Notes: a model not told the origin generated them from the letters alone. A stretch of DNA of 63,920 bases, filler included, from Octopus bimaculoides (GCF_001194135.2; 8 parts of 8 records of this genome joined end to end with filler, not necessarily neighbours in it); one strand, 5' to 3'; numbered from the whole stretch's first letter, positions 12,193 through 25,394 are shown. A program made the numbers and translations.

Positions 12193-12462
12193 GGGTAATC
12201 TTCAAGTTTAGGGGGGTAAAAAAATAAATAAAAATATTCAAGGGAAGTAACTGAACGTCTTACCAGTATTCTCTGTACATCTCTGTTTATAAATAAATCA
12301 CACACGTGATTTGATTGACGTTAGGGTTAGGGTTAGGGTTAGGGTTAGGATTAGGGTGTGATTTATTTATAAACAGCTAGAAGAAAATGGATAATACCGG
12401 TAAGTCGTTCAGTTATTTCCCTTGAATATTCTTTTTTATCCCCCTAAACTTGAAGATTACCG
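12193..12462. mobile_element. Palindromic MITE (TA-flanked, Tc1/mariner/pogo-type) with a central telomeric repeat array
   Basis: Inverted arms of ~110 bp (GGTAATCTTCAAGTTTAGGGG...CTGTTTATAAATAAATCACAC and its reverse complement). (TTAGGG)4-TTAGGA-TTAGGG lies at 12321-12356. Confidence 0.7.
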
Positions 12463-13123
12463 TATGTATGTATGTATGTGTGTGTGTCTGTGTGTGTATA
12501 TGAGTATGTACATTTTATAGCAGAGCACAGAGACAATAGTATGTGGATAAAGTGAAGTAGTTTCGTGTATGTTAGTATATGTGAGAGTGTGTATGTGTAT
12601 ATGCGTGCATATATGTATGCGTGTGTCTGTGTGTTCGTATGTGTATGTGTGTGGAAGAGAGAGAGAGACTGGCGTGATGTGGGGCATTATGTCTGAAATA
12701 TTAAAAAAAAAGCGAAATTATTATTTTTCGTATCAATATTGAATTGTGCTAATGTTGTTGTTATTTAACCACAGACAACCCAGTTATGACCATCCTGCCT
12801 TGTGTTCGAATATTACGTCTCTAGGACATTATACAAATAGTCTCTTTCCCTCATGAAGACATCTAGGACGGAAAGCGGGCAATCTGAAGGAGATTTGTCT
12901 GCTATTTCTAGCATGTCAACAAACGCTGTAGCTTTTCCTCTCTGTTGACACTTGCCATAGGTGAGATGTGACATAACAAGGTTTTGGCGAGCTGAGATGG
13001 AAATGAGGTGAAAGGTCAGCAGAGGTCAGGTCACCCTAACATTAGTTTTCCGTTGTGTTGTTAGTTCCAGAAACATTCTTCAACACCAATATCTTAATTA
13101 CAGATATTTGTATGCGAAGGCTC

Positions 13124-13165
<42 letters not shown>

Positions 13166-13660
13166 NNNNNNNNNNAGGAGGCGGGAAAACTATCTCACAC
13201 ACACACACACTCTTATGCACATATAGGCAAACACACCTAGTTTAAACATGGTTCCACATGAAAAACTACCTCCAGAATTCGCTCACTGCTTCTGTACTTC
13301 GCTCTACACTTCCCCCACTACTACTACTACTACCACCACCAACATCACCACTACCTCCTTCGCCGACACATCTTCCCCCCCACCTTCGACACATCCTTCA
13401 AACACACACCTCCCTCTACACACTCCCTAACATCCCACTCCCCCACCTCCCTCTCTTCATTCATCCACAACNNNNNNNNNNNNNNNNNNNNNNNNNNNNN
13501 NNNNNNNNNNNNNNNNNNNNNNNNNNNNNNNNNNNNNNNNNNNNNNNNNNNNNNNNNNNNNNNNNCAACAAATTCTTATCACGTTTATTGTTCCGGACAG
13601 TCCTACCGACTCCTTGCTTAAACGCACGCACCCTCCCTCTCTCTGTTTCTCACACTCTCT

Positions 13661-13698
<38 letters not shown>

Positions 13699-13785
13699 TC
13701 TATATAATTCAATATTCCTGTACCAGTCATAACAAATATCATCCATTTTTCTTTCCCTCACATTTTAATACATTAACCTTGTGGA

Positions 13786-14160
13786 AGCACAATGGCCCAG
13801 TGGTTAGGGCAGCTGACTCGCGGTCGTACGATCACAGTTTCGATTCCCAGACCGGGCGTTGTGAGTGTTTATTGAGTGAAAACACCTAAAGTTCCCTGAG
13901 GTTCCTGCAGGGGGTGGTGACCAACACTACTGTACTCTTTCACCACAACTTTCATTCTTTGTTCCTGTTTCTCTTGTACCTGTATTTCAAAGGGCCAGCC
14001 TTGTCACTCTTTGTGTCACGCTGAATCTCCCCGAGAACTACGTTAAGGGTACACGTGTCTGTGGAGTGCTCAGCCACTTGCACATTAATTTCATGAGCAG
14101 GCTGTTCCGTTGATCGGATCAACTGGGACCCTCGTCGTTGTAACCGACGGAGTGACGGTG
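13786..14160 (+). mobile_element. tRNA-derived SINE (family C)
   Basis: TGGCCCAGTGGTTAGGGCAGC (A-box) and TTTCGATTCCC (B-box), followed by a ~300-bp non-tRNA body. Confidence 0.7.
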
Positions 14161-14693
14161 GATCAGTAACGTGTCTAGCGATGGGGCCCAATCCGCTCTG
14201 GGCATTGGCTCAGGAACAGGGGTTGTAGGGGATGTAAGCATGCCCCCTAAAGGAGAGCAATGAAAATGCTTAGACCATCTTCTTGAAAAAATTCATCCCA
14301 AAAACGAATGAGCCTAGAAACATTGTTGGATTCCGAGTTCGATTCCAGGCAGTGACCTGAATAATAATAATATAGGCGCAGGAGTGGCTGTGTGCTAAGT
14401 GTCTTCTACTATAGTCTCGGGCCGACCAAAGCCTTGTGAGTGGATTTGGTTGACGGAAACTGAAAGAAGCCTGTCGTATATATGTCCACATATATATGTG
14501 TGTATATGTTTGTGTGTCTGTGTTTGTCCCCCTCTCCATCGCTTGACAACNNNNNNNNNNNNNNNNNNNNNNNNNNNNNNNNNNNNNNNNNNNNTTAATT
14601 AATTAANNNNNNNNNNNNNNNNNNNNNNNNNNNNNNNNNNNNNNNNNNNNATATATATATATATATATACACATACATACATACATACATACA

Positions 14694-14729
<36 letters not shown>

Positions 14730-15527
14730 TATGATGATGATGCTGTTTATATATATGAACATTCATATCTTTTAAATGTCAAATGTGATTTTGCGACGTT
14801 TATCTCTTTCCCGATGTATACCACTCGAAATGTGGAAGTTTCCTCCGACAGATTCCCAAATAGTTTCCCTCCGCCAAATTTCATGTCTAAAGCTTTGATT
14901 CACTCGAGGCTATGACAGAAAGCATATTTCCAAGGGGCCGTGCAATGGGATTGAATCGACCGCCATTTTGTTGCCAAGAAAACTTCATAATCACACAGTG
15001 GGTCCCTGGAATAGCTTCCTATTATCCATCTGAAGAACATGAGTTCAATTCTGCAAGGTAAAAAAAGCATTTCGTAATAAATAATATATGACATCTGAAA
15101 ATTATAAAGTAGTGAACTGTACCATTACAAGAAATCTATTTGTAGATGTGTGTAACTGGTCATATGGAATTAAGTGTCTTTGTCAAAGACAGGCGACAAG
15201 CATGTACACGCAATGACTTGACTGTCTGACACAGGTCACATCGAAATATGAATGACTAAGTGAATGAATGAATGAAACAATAAATAAATGAATGAATGAA
15301 CAACAGTTTATTGTACAAGTATTGTTATGAACTTCAACCTTTTAACCATTAAGATTTCTTTCTTTTATCTATTGTTTATGTTTACTTAATTCATATATTT
15401 GTCACGGTCACAGAAAGGCATTGTATTTATTACAAAGGCGAACTTATGTTCATTCCTCACAGATATATTGTATTTGCATTCCTTACTGTGAGGCGTGTGT
15501 CTATGTATGTGTCCGTACATCTATCTA

Positions 15528-15580
<53 letters not shown>

Positions 15581-15647
15581 TTCTGTTTCTCTTTCCCTTT
15601 CTCACCCCCTCTGTGTGTGTGCGTGTGTGTGTGTGCGTCTATCTCTG

Positions 15648-15685
<38 letters not shown>

Positions 15686-16749
15686 ACTCTCTCTCTCTCT
15701 NNNNNNNNNNNNNNNNNNNNNNNNNNNNNNNNNNNNNNNNNNNNNNNNNNNNNNNNNNNNNNNNNNNNNNNNNNNNNNNNNNNNNNNNNNNNNNNNNNNN
15801 NNNNNNNNNNNNNNNNNNNNNNNNNNNNNNNNNNNNNNNNNNNNNNNNNNNNNNNNNNNNNNNNNNNNNNNNNNNNNNNNNNNNNNNNNNNNNNNNNNNN
15901 NNNNNNNNNNNNNNNNNNNNNNNNNNNNNNNNNNNNNNNNNNNNNNNNNNNNNNNNNNNNNNNNNNNNNNNNNNNNNNNNNNNNNNNNNNNNNNNNNNNN
16001 NNNNNNNNNNNNNNNNNNNNNNNNNNNNNNNNNNNNNNNNNNNNNNNNNNNNNNNNNNNNNNNNNNNNNNNNNNNNNNNNNNNNNNNNNNNNNNNNNNNN
16101 NNNNNNNNNNNNNNNNNNNNNNNNNNNNNNNNNNNNNNNNNNNNNNNNNNNNNNNNNNNNNNNNNNNNNNNNNNNNNNNNNNNNNNNNNNNNNNNNNNNN
16201 NNNNNNNNNNNNNNNNNNNNNNNNNNNNNNNNNNNNNNNNNNNNNNNNNNNNNNNNNNNNNNNNNNNNNNNNNNNNNNNNNNNNNNNNNNNNNNNNNNNN
16301 NNNNNNNNNNNNNNNNNNNNNNNNNNNNNNNNNNNNNNNNNNNNNNNNNNNNNNNNNNNNNNNNNNNNNNNNNNNNNNNNNNNNNNNNNNNNNNNNNNNN
16401 NNNNNNNNNNNNNNNNNNNNNNNNNNNNNNNNNNNNNNNNNNNNNNNNNNNNNNNNNNNNNNNNNNNNNNNNNNNNNNNNNNNNNNNNNNNNNNNNNNNN
16501 NNNNNNNNNNNNNNNNNNNNNNNNNNNNNNNNNNNNNNNNNNNNNNNNNNNNNNNNNNNNNNNNNNNNNNNNNNNNNNNNNNNNNNNNNNNNNNNNNNNN
16601 NNNNNNNNNNNNNNNNNNNNNNNNNNNNNNNNNNNNNNNNNNNNNNNNNNNNNNNNNNNNNNNNNNNNNNNNNNNNNNNAAAAATTATTTCAGGGCATGC
16701 AATATGGTAGGAGTTGTAGACTTACTCGTTAATGTTCGACCAGTCAACA

Positions 16750-16960
16750 AGGCGGCGGGCTGGCGGAAATGTTAGCATACCGGGCGAAATGCTTAGCGGT
16801 ATTTCGTCTGTCTTTATGCTCTGAGTTCAAATTCCGCCGAGGTCGACTTTGCCTTTCGGGGTCGATAGATTAAGTACCAATTGCGTACTGGGGTCGATCT
16901 AATCAACTTAATCTCCTCCCAAAAATTTCGGGTCTTGTGCCTAGAGTAGAAAAGAATGTT
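16750..16960 (+). mobile_element. Family B SINE, full length
   Basis: GGCGGCGGGCTGGCGG...GAGTTCAAATTCCGCCGAGGTCGACTTTGCCTTTC. Further copies lie at ~430-560(-), 9995-10130(+), 21350-21550(-), 22975-23190(-), 23290-23500(-), 24130-24280(-), 36200-36385(+), 50630-50845(+), 51590-51805(+) and 52125-52325(+). Confidence 0.85.
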
Positions 16961-17126
16961 CGACCAATTACCTTCGTACTATATATAGATCAGCTCGGTC
17001 TGAACTGGCCAGCGCTTTACAACAAAAATTGAATATTCATTTCTACCTAGTTCTATATTTAAGAGATGAGAAATTATGTACATTATTTACATTTGACGGA
17101 TATTTGCCTTCATCCTGTTTGTTGTT

Positions 17127-17172
17127 AACACAACGTTTCGGCTGATATACTCTCCAGCCTTCATCAGGTGTC
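17127..17172 (-). ncRNA. Minimal type-I hammerhead ribozyme (Penelope-like-element type)
   Basis: Minus strand reads GACAC-CUGAUGA-A-GGCUG-(10 nt)-CAGCC-GAAAC-GUU^GUGUU. Stem I is GACAC/GUGUU, stem II is GGCUG/CAGCC, and stem III is loopless within the palindrome AACGUU. Confidence 0.7.
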
Positions 17173-17257
17173 TTGGGGAAATTTCGAACCTGGGTTCTCA
17201 TTCCTAAGGTATGATGTTCACCTTAGGAATGAGAACCTAGGTTAGAAATTTCCACAA

Positions 17258-17303
17258 GACACCTGATGAAGGCTGGAGGGTATATCAGCCGAAACGTTGG
17301 GTT
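17258..17303 (+). ncRNA. Second hammerhead copy in the right arm of the palindrome
   Basis: GACAC-CTGATGA-A-GGCTG-gagggtatat-CAGCC-GAAAC-GTT-GGGTT. The core is intact, with one mismatch in stem I. Confidence 0.6.
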
Positions 17304-18488
17304 AACAACAAACAAGATGAGGACAAATATCCGTCAAATGTAAATAATTCATTTCTAACATTGACACACGCCTACAGATAACGGAAGAGGGATGAAAGGA
17401 GGAATGAAAGAAAGGCAGAGACGACCTCAGTGGCATATGAACAAAGGTAAGCTACTTGTAAAACATTTTGCCCGGTGTTTTACTAATTCTGCCATTCAAT
17501 CACCCTTCTACCTTCTACCAACGAGGAAATTTTCTCGCGGTCCTTTTCTCTCAAATTCCGCCCACCATCTTAAAAAAGAACAGGAAACAGTGGATAATGT
17601 ACTTCTAAAAAGACGGGATGGTCACAGCTAAGATGCCCTTCATCATACGTTTGCTTCATCAAAGCGACAACTAAAATGTAAGTAAAAATTGTTGTAGTAA
17701 CATTATTCCATGATATATAGAGAGTAGAATACTATAGTATAAATATGTATATACTTTGATACTTTGGAATTATTGTGATGTATCGGTAGAAGGCTAGTAA
17801 GATACCCAACAGGTGCTGGATACTTGAACACGATGAGTTTAATGTTGGGTAGACAGTTAGACATCAACCATCATACGAAAGACCGTAGCGAAAACCTCGT
17901 CTCGAAATTAATAGCAAAAGGCACCCGGATAATTGAAAATTCTAATTTGTGGCCGAATAACAGAAGCAGCTCTATGTCGCTTTCTCTGGGCTCAGGAAGG
18001 AAAGAACTGAATATGTTTCTTTAGAGCTGAAACAAAAGAAGACACGTTCGCTATTTAAGGCAATCAGCAATAGTGACTTCATAGAACCCAATTATTCTCA
18101 AATAAGCCAGTTGAAACAGTGAGAGGTTTCAATGTCGTGCTAGTAGTGGGCAGTGCAGCATCGGTGGCTGGATATGAACCATCAACTCTTCTCCCAGCAG
18201 TCGGACATTCAATCAACACGTCCACTTTTAACTTTACCAATCGAAATACGAGTAATTTGTACCCTACTTCTATATTCCTTCTTCAGACGAGACCTTTCAA
18301 CTTTAATATGTCACCCGTTGATTAAGAAAGTGAAAATTAAAAAAAAAAATTAAGATAAAGGCGGAAATGATTCATTTGTAAAGCGAACAAGTTACTCTAG
18401 CAGACAGGAAGAATTTTGCAACAGGAAGTTTTACTTTTTGTTGCTGCTTGTTTTTATGTTATATTATTATATATATTTATTCATTGAT

Positions 18489-18521
<33 letters not shown>

Positions 18522-19155
18522 GTGTGCGTAGGCCCCCACTATACAAGAATTAGATTTTGAAATGTCAAGCGTCTAAGAAGTTACTTGATAGATGTCGTTT
18601 ATTCGGGTAGTTGTGACTTTCGTGATTGTAGACATTACAAATCATGACTCATTTCTGTATTTAAATAGAAATAACTATCACAGAGGTGAGTAGTCGTAGT
18701 ATGATGAAAAATATGAAGAATTCAAAACAGTCGAAGAAGAATGAGATGAAGAATAGAAGGAAGAAACAAAACAGAAAAGCATGTTGTTTTTACTACATAC
18801 ACACGTATGTGACAGAGTTAAGGTTCGTTATAAGGAAGAGTTTTCTGTATCAGTGTGAATCACAAGTATTCGTAAGTCTTTTCTAGACTAATAGTATTTT
18901 TAAAAATGTCCTAAAAATAGCTTCAAATCGTTTTGAGAAAATTTCCATTTCCATTGTTTTTGCTTATAAATTTCTTTGTTTATTTTTGTTTGTGAGTCAC
19001 ATGCTATAGTAGATTGAGGGCGACGAAGATTTTAAAAATAGTAATCATGTCGAAGTATTTACATACACATAACCATAGATAGATAGATAGACAGGCACAT
19101 AGATTAATCGATTGGTATGTAAGCTGATGAATGATTAGTTTGAATTAACTTCATT

Positions 19156-19364
19156 GAAGGGATGCTGAAAACTTCCTGGCTTTGGGTAAATGAAAACACA
19201 GGAGGATCAGTTAATTATGATTTTATTTAACATATTCCCCTCTCATATTCACACACTTATTGCAACCGTTCTTCAGTTTTTCTAAGCCCTGTCAAATAAC
19301 TCGGAAGGTTGAGCCTCCATCAAAGCCTTTCGGGATACTCTTAAAGCCAGGAACTTTTTTCAGT
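19156..19364 (-). mobile_element. Mariner-derived MITE
   Basis: TIRs GGGATGCTGAAAACTTCCTGGCTTT and AAAGCCAGGAACTTTTTCAG. Internal transposase C-terminus homologous to 26093-26255. Confidence 0.7.
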
Positions 19365-19383
19365 AATTTCTTGTGTGTGTGTG

Positions 19384-19460
<77 letters not shown>

Positions 19461-19777
19461 GACAGAAAATAAAGTTGAAAAGTTATAAACATAAAAGCAG
19501 ACAACCTGAGTTGTGTTGTAGGTCATTCCTGTTTAGCAGTCAGAGGAAATGTAAGCAAGTAATGCAAAGTAAAAAAACTTAAAGAAAACAGGTAAAAATG
19601 TAAAATAAAGAAAAAATCAAGTAAAGTTTAGAAAAATAGTTTAATCCATTCAAAATCTTTTTTATGTAATCAGTAATATAGTTGTCCTGCATACGACAGA
19701 TGCCTGGTTCGGATCCTATTGGCGATTGTATTTTTTTCTTTCTTTTCTTTGTTTAAGGTGTATTTTTAAATGTGTGT

Positions 19778-20050
19778 GGGCGCATGGCCTAGAGATCAGG
19801 ATATTGCATTCACGATTGAGAAATATCGGTTTCAGTCTCTGAACCGGGTGTTGCGTTGCGTACTTGAGCAAAATACTTCATTTCACGTTGTCCTATGACT
19901 ACTTCGACACTTCACATGTGGTACACCTTGCACCTACTCGGGGAAACGTCGATTTGATGGAGTAAGTGAGCTAATGTCCAGCACAAACATTTGCTCACTA
20001 TAAACAAATCATTTGTGCAGCTTGTTCAACAAGAAATAGTAGAACCGCCT
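19778..20050 (+). mobile_element. Diverged tRNA-derived SINE
   Basis: GGGCGCATGGCCTAG head, GGTTTCAGTCTC B-box-like motif and TTGAGCAAAATACTTCA. Confidence 0.55.
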
Positions 20051-20105
20051 TTCTCGGACAGCGAGAGACTGTCATCATTTGTAAATGTCTTACATAAAGT
20101 TTATA

Positions 20106-20776
20106 AAATGGCAGTTCGTGTATATGAAATGCAGAACTGAAGCACTCACTATTTCCACTCGATATTACCGATAACATTCAATATAATAACTCCTTTTTTC
20201 TTTCATTCTTTCTTATATTTGTACATTATATATTCCTTAAGCTTAATCTCAGTAGTCATCCCATAGTTTATGAAAAAAAATACAAACATCCTTGCATAGA
20301 ATTATGCGCTTCACAGTTCCAGCGACGCAGTATTTGGCTGTTGTGCGCATGCTCACATGTCCGAGATAGGAAACTTCACACAAGGGAGAGAAAGAGCACT
20401 GCGTGAGCAACGGTGCCGTGTGAAAGGTAATGTTTCTTTTTGCCTCCGAGTTTGTTGTGCTTAAAAACGTGTTTATATTCTTGAATGTGATAAAGTGTAA
20501 GGTTCAGTGTTGCTGTCAGGATTTGAATAATAGGGCACATCCCCCCCCCCTATTTTGTCATTTAGTGGGGGATTTTTGAAAAAACAAGGGAAATTTGCAG
20601 CAGTGTTCAGTGAACAAATTAAACACACTACCCGGCGCTGACTAAAATGCAAACCGATCAAGTTTATGTGTAAATTTTCTTTTTATATGTTTGTTTCCTT
20701 TGAAACAATATTAAAACAACGGATAAACATTTTCTGAAGCAGCACCTCTACTAATTTTATCTACGAATCGCCGCCG
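20106..20776. mobile_element. Older copy of the same hAT element as 62245-62987
   Basis: Collinear similarity throughout (e.g. GCTTCACAGTTCCAGCGAC, GTTGTGCTTAAAAACGTGTTTATATTCTTGAATGTGATAAAGTGTA, TTTTCTGAAGCAGCACC). TIRs are decayed. Confidence 0.7.
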
Positions 20777-21110
20777 AGATTATATTATAAAAATCTTAAA
20801 AGTTTACATCCTAGTTAATGATTTTCATATTTTGGTGTTTGTTTCAGTCATAAACAGACTCTGAGTGTGGTACTGTACTGTTTTAGACAGTGAAGAAGCA
20901 GTCTGTGTACTTGTGGTCAAGCAATTTCGATAATATCTATGGTCCTCATAGCATATAACGGGAGATAAATACTGTTTGCAGTTGGTAATTCTGTTTGCCG
21001 AGAGTCACCCCTTTTCTTTTTTGTAAATAGTAACGCGGTCATCTTTCTTACGATTGATACATGATTCGACATCGTGAGCTGTCCTATTTTCTTATGAATT
21101 TAAATAATGC

Positions 21111-21193
<83 letters not shown>

Positions 21194-21839
21194 TGAGGGA
21201 CGCGAGTGTTTGAAAAAGTCGTAATTGGCGAAACTTCACTTCACAATGAAAAGTCATTTTCTCTCTCTGGCAACATAAAGTTGGTTGGCCGTATTAGTTT
21301 CAGCGTTTTTAACTCTGTCAGAGACCTGTTGTTCTAAATTCTGACCATCGAAGGAATGATTATTGCAAATTTTAGCACATGGTCAGCAATTTCGAGTGAG
21401 GGAGTAAGTCGATTACATCTAACCCAATGTTTAACTGGTACTTATTTTATCGACCTCGAAAAAATGAAAGGCAAACTCCACTTCGGTGGAATTTGAACTC
21501 AGAACGTGTAGTTGGAAGAAATGCCGCTAAGCATTTTACCCAGCTTGATCACATAAATATTAAGCTCCGGTTAATTAAAATACGTTGTCTGATCTTGAAT
21601 ACTATTATGTAAATTAGAGGAGACCTAACCACTTCCATTCGAGATGGCGAATATTATAAATAACAGTAAAATCGCCGAAAGAAGGACAGTTAACCTTTTT
21701 CTGAAGGCGAAGAGGAAAAGAAAATTATATGATTTAACTACAGTATCTATATCTCAAAGCAAGGTTTAAAAAGTGCGTTTATTAAAGATGCACATATAAG
21801 CCCACCATTAAGAAGCGAAGAAATATCCTAAATCGTATA

Positions 21840-21898
<59 letters not shown>

Positions 21899-23188
21899 AG
21901 CCAAATTACTCAAGCCAAATAATATGCCTCTGCGTAGTCACTTCACCTGAAAAATTAAAAAGCAAATTGATGGTGTTCAAATTAGACCTTGAGAACTTAA
22001 AAAGTGAAGAACACGTTAAACAATTCTGTGCTTGATTTTTCCAGACGATGAAGTAGTTATTGTTGGAACGTCTTTGGTGATACATCTGTTCGATCAGAGA
22101 TAATCTTTTACTAAATAACTACTATTACTGGTCTGTTTAATCTTGTGGGTAGTAGAAGAATGACTGGATTATAATACAGCGATAAATTCCAGCTCCTAAA
22201 TTCGGAGTGAGCAACAATTCATGCAAATAAAATAATTGTAAGTGGGGAGAAAAAGAGAATGAGCGAGGAAGCGAACGAAGACTGTGACATACTTGTCTTG
22301 ATTGCACATACTTGTCTTGATTGCTGGTGTTATATTACATACGATGACTGGGAAAACATTACACAGGCCATCGATACCTTTAGTTGTTCTCTAACACCAG
22401 GTCAGAGTTGATCTAGCGTTTTTATCAAATGTATTTCAACCGTGACGATAATTTAACTGTATTATTCAATATGGCCTTTTTTGAAGATGATAATGTGTGG
22501 TCTGAGGGAGATTTCTCGCAAATCAAGCGACGATGATGAGACCTTCACATCAGTTTGGCATGTTTGATATATATCATGTTAAGAAATGTAATAGTAACTT
22601 CAACAAGGAAGAAATCAGATTGATGTTCATGTCTTTTCCGGAAATATTACAGGATGTATAAGAAAACTGACTTCGAACGAGAACGGAAAATATTCATTGA
22701 TTCCGATTGCATTCAGAGTTCACCTAGACATCGTCTTTAACACTGTGACTTTTATTTATGTCAAGGTAAATGGTTACAACCAAGGTGTAGCTAAAAGAAG
22801 ACTGGTTGATTTTATGGGTCAAGATGTCAATGACCCATACACAATACTAAAACAATGTTTTATCTTTGACTAAGAGACTCCATCTCGCAAGCGACCTATT
22901 CCACCAAGCAGCAAGTAAATACCGCATCTGGGTATAATTTACTTTAGTAGAATAATGATGATAATAATAATAATGATTTCAATTTTTGGTACTAAGCCAG
23001 CAATTTCGAGGAAGGTGGTAAATCGATAATATCGATCTCACTACTCCACTGTACATATTTTATCGACTCCGAAAGGTGAAAGGCAAAGTCGGTCTCGGCG
23101 GAATTTGAACTTAGAACGTAAAGCCGGAAGAAATGCCATTAAGCAAATTTTTCCGGCGCAGCAACGACTCTGCAAGCTCACTGCCTTA

Positions 23189-23242
<54 letters not shown>

Positions 23243-23627
23243 GTGATGGTGATGGTGATGGTGATGGTGATGATGATGATGATGATGATGGTTTCAAATT
23301 TTGGCACAAGGCCAGCAGGTTTGGGGAAGGGCTAAGCCGATTACCTTGATCCAAGTGTTCAATTGGTACCTATTTTATCGACCCCGAGAGGATGAAAAGT
23401 AAAGTCGGCCACTGCAGAATGTGAACTCAGAACGTAAAGTCGAACGAAATGCCGCTAAGTATCTTGCTCGGCGTGCTAATGATTCTGCCAGCTCGCCAAT
23501 AAAACCAGTGTAATCTAAAGTTGGTGCATTCTTATGTAATCAAGAACGTAGTCAACGTCAGAAAAACACAACGAACAAAAAGTGCATAGTATATAATTTT
23601 AATTTTGCATTGTAAGGGAGAAATAGA

Positions 23628-23670
23628 ATTTCGAACCTTCGGACATTCGTCCTTCGACGGGGAAAGTGTT
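23628..23670 (-). mobile_element. Decayed hammerhead-like motif, possibly a Penelope-like element end
   Basis: Minus strand reads ccCCGTCGA-A-GGAC-gaat-GTCC-GAAG-gttcgaa. Stem II is perfect and the core has three substitutions. Confidence 0.3.
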
Positions 23671-24730
23671 GGGTAGAAAGAGAGAAATGAAAAGAAAATT
23701 TGTAGAAGAGGAGAAATTTATGCGTTTTCAGCAGTCTCATAGACTGAAAGGGAGAAGCAAATAGTAGAAAAAATGAAAAGTATCACCAGGTGAGAGAACG
23801 GAATAAGAGATACAGGTGAGATATATACGTACAGAGTTTGTTGCAAATGCAGCTAGTTGTATGCGTATGAATATGTGTAATGACTGAGAGTGGATATGTT
23901 ATATAAGCATATACATGCTGGATATGTGTTGTGTAGTGCTTATGTATGTTTTTATTGCTTTGTCTTGAGAGATACTTTGTACGTAATTACGTAGGCAAGT
24001 GGTTCTTAGTAGAAGTCGTATGTTGTTAGAAAAAGGTGAGCCATTTGTTCATATCTTATGAATGTGCTGTACAGAGGCGGGAAAATAGTCAGGCTTTTGG
24101 TGGGACGTGTATAGTCGATCCTACTGGCCTGAGTGTTTGACTGGTGCATTATTTTCTGAATGTTAGAAGACTGAACGCCAAATTCGACTTCGGTAGGATT
24201 TGAACTCCAAACGAAAAGGGCCGTAATTAGTTACTGAATATTTTTTCCGACCCTCTAACGATTCTGATATTCCGCTGCCTTTCGCATAAAGCTACATAAT
24301 TAAATAACACGACATTTTGCTCGAATTTCTAACATCTGTACTAATTACACCCTCAACAAATAATAATTCAGACACAAGACCAAAACCTTGGATGAGTAAA
24401 AACCCACTGGTTGTGTTAAGTTAAAAAGTTCACGTCTATGCTTGCTACCATTCCATATCCTATCCTACTACTTTTAGAGGAAGATTAAGTCGACTGAATA
24501 AATCTAGCCTGTGAACTCTTTATTGAACTTGAACGGATTAAAACCAAAAGTCGAACCCGGTAAGAACATAGAGGAATGTTAGTAAATACCACATACAAAT
24601 AGCCCAGACATTCTACTACCTCTTCAAATAATCTGAGGAAGTAAACTACCTACATTGCAACGAAAAGCTGGTAGCAAGATACGAACACAAATGTTGTCTG
24701 TTTGTCTCATATGTGTGTGTATGCAAAGTG

Positions 24731-24804
<74 letters not shown>

Positions 24805-25044
24805 AAGTTTGTATGTGTATATATATATGTAAAGTGTGTGTGCGTAAACATATATATATACATAAACATATAAATATATATATATATACATACATACATG
24901 GTATATATATTTATATATGTATGTATATATATATATACATGGTATATATGTATATATATGTAAAGTGTGTGTATATATAGGCAATGATGATAATAAATTC
25001 ATTTATATTCATCGAATCTCTCCATTTTTAAACTTAATAATATT

Positions 25045-25112
<68 letters not shown>

Positions 25113-25326
25113 NNNNNNNNNNNNNNNNNNNNNNNNNNNNNNNNNNNNNNNNNNNNNNNNNNNNNNNNNNNNNNNNNNNNNNNNNNNNNNNNNNNNNNNN
25201 NNNNNNNNNNNNNNNNNNNNNNNNNNNNNNNNNNNNNNNNNNNNNNNNNNNNNNNNNNNNNNNNNNNNNNNNNNNNNNNNNNNNNNNNNNNNNNNNNNNN
25301 NNNNNNNNNNNNNNNNNNNNNNNNNN

Positions 25327-25394
<68 letters not shown>

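Larger units (their letters stand above)
17082..17348. mobile_element. ~267-bp near-perfect palindrome, probably inverted pseudo-LTRs of a Penelope-like element
   Basis: Arms 17082-17210 and 17220-17348 with a 9-nt loop (atgatgttc). Each arm carries a hammerhead. Confidence 0.6.

Noticed and set aside
14596-14607. TTAATTAATTAA embedded in N-runs (also 26424, 43312, 53336, 56500, 59593, 61641)
   Set aside because: Identical six-frame-stop palindrome centred in 100-bp gaps. It is an artificial scaffolding linker, not biology, and contig adjacency across these joins is uncertain.
22700-22800. Possible Tc1-like SSP...DFYL motif
   Set aside because: Too degenerate to support a call without a profile search.
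23105-23335. Poly-Met ORF
   Set aside because: An (ATG)n microsatellite between two family B SINEs.
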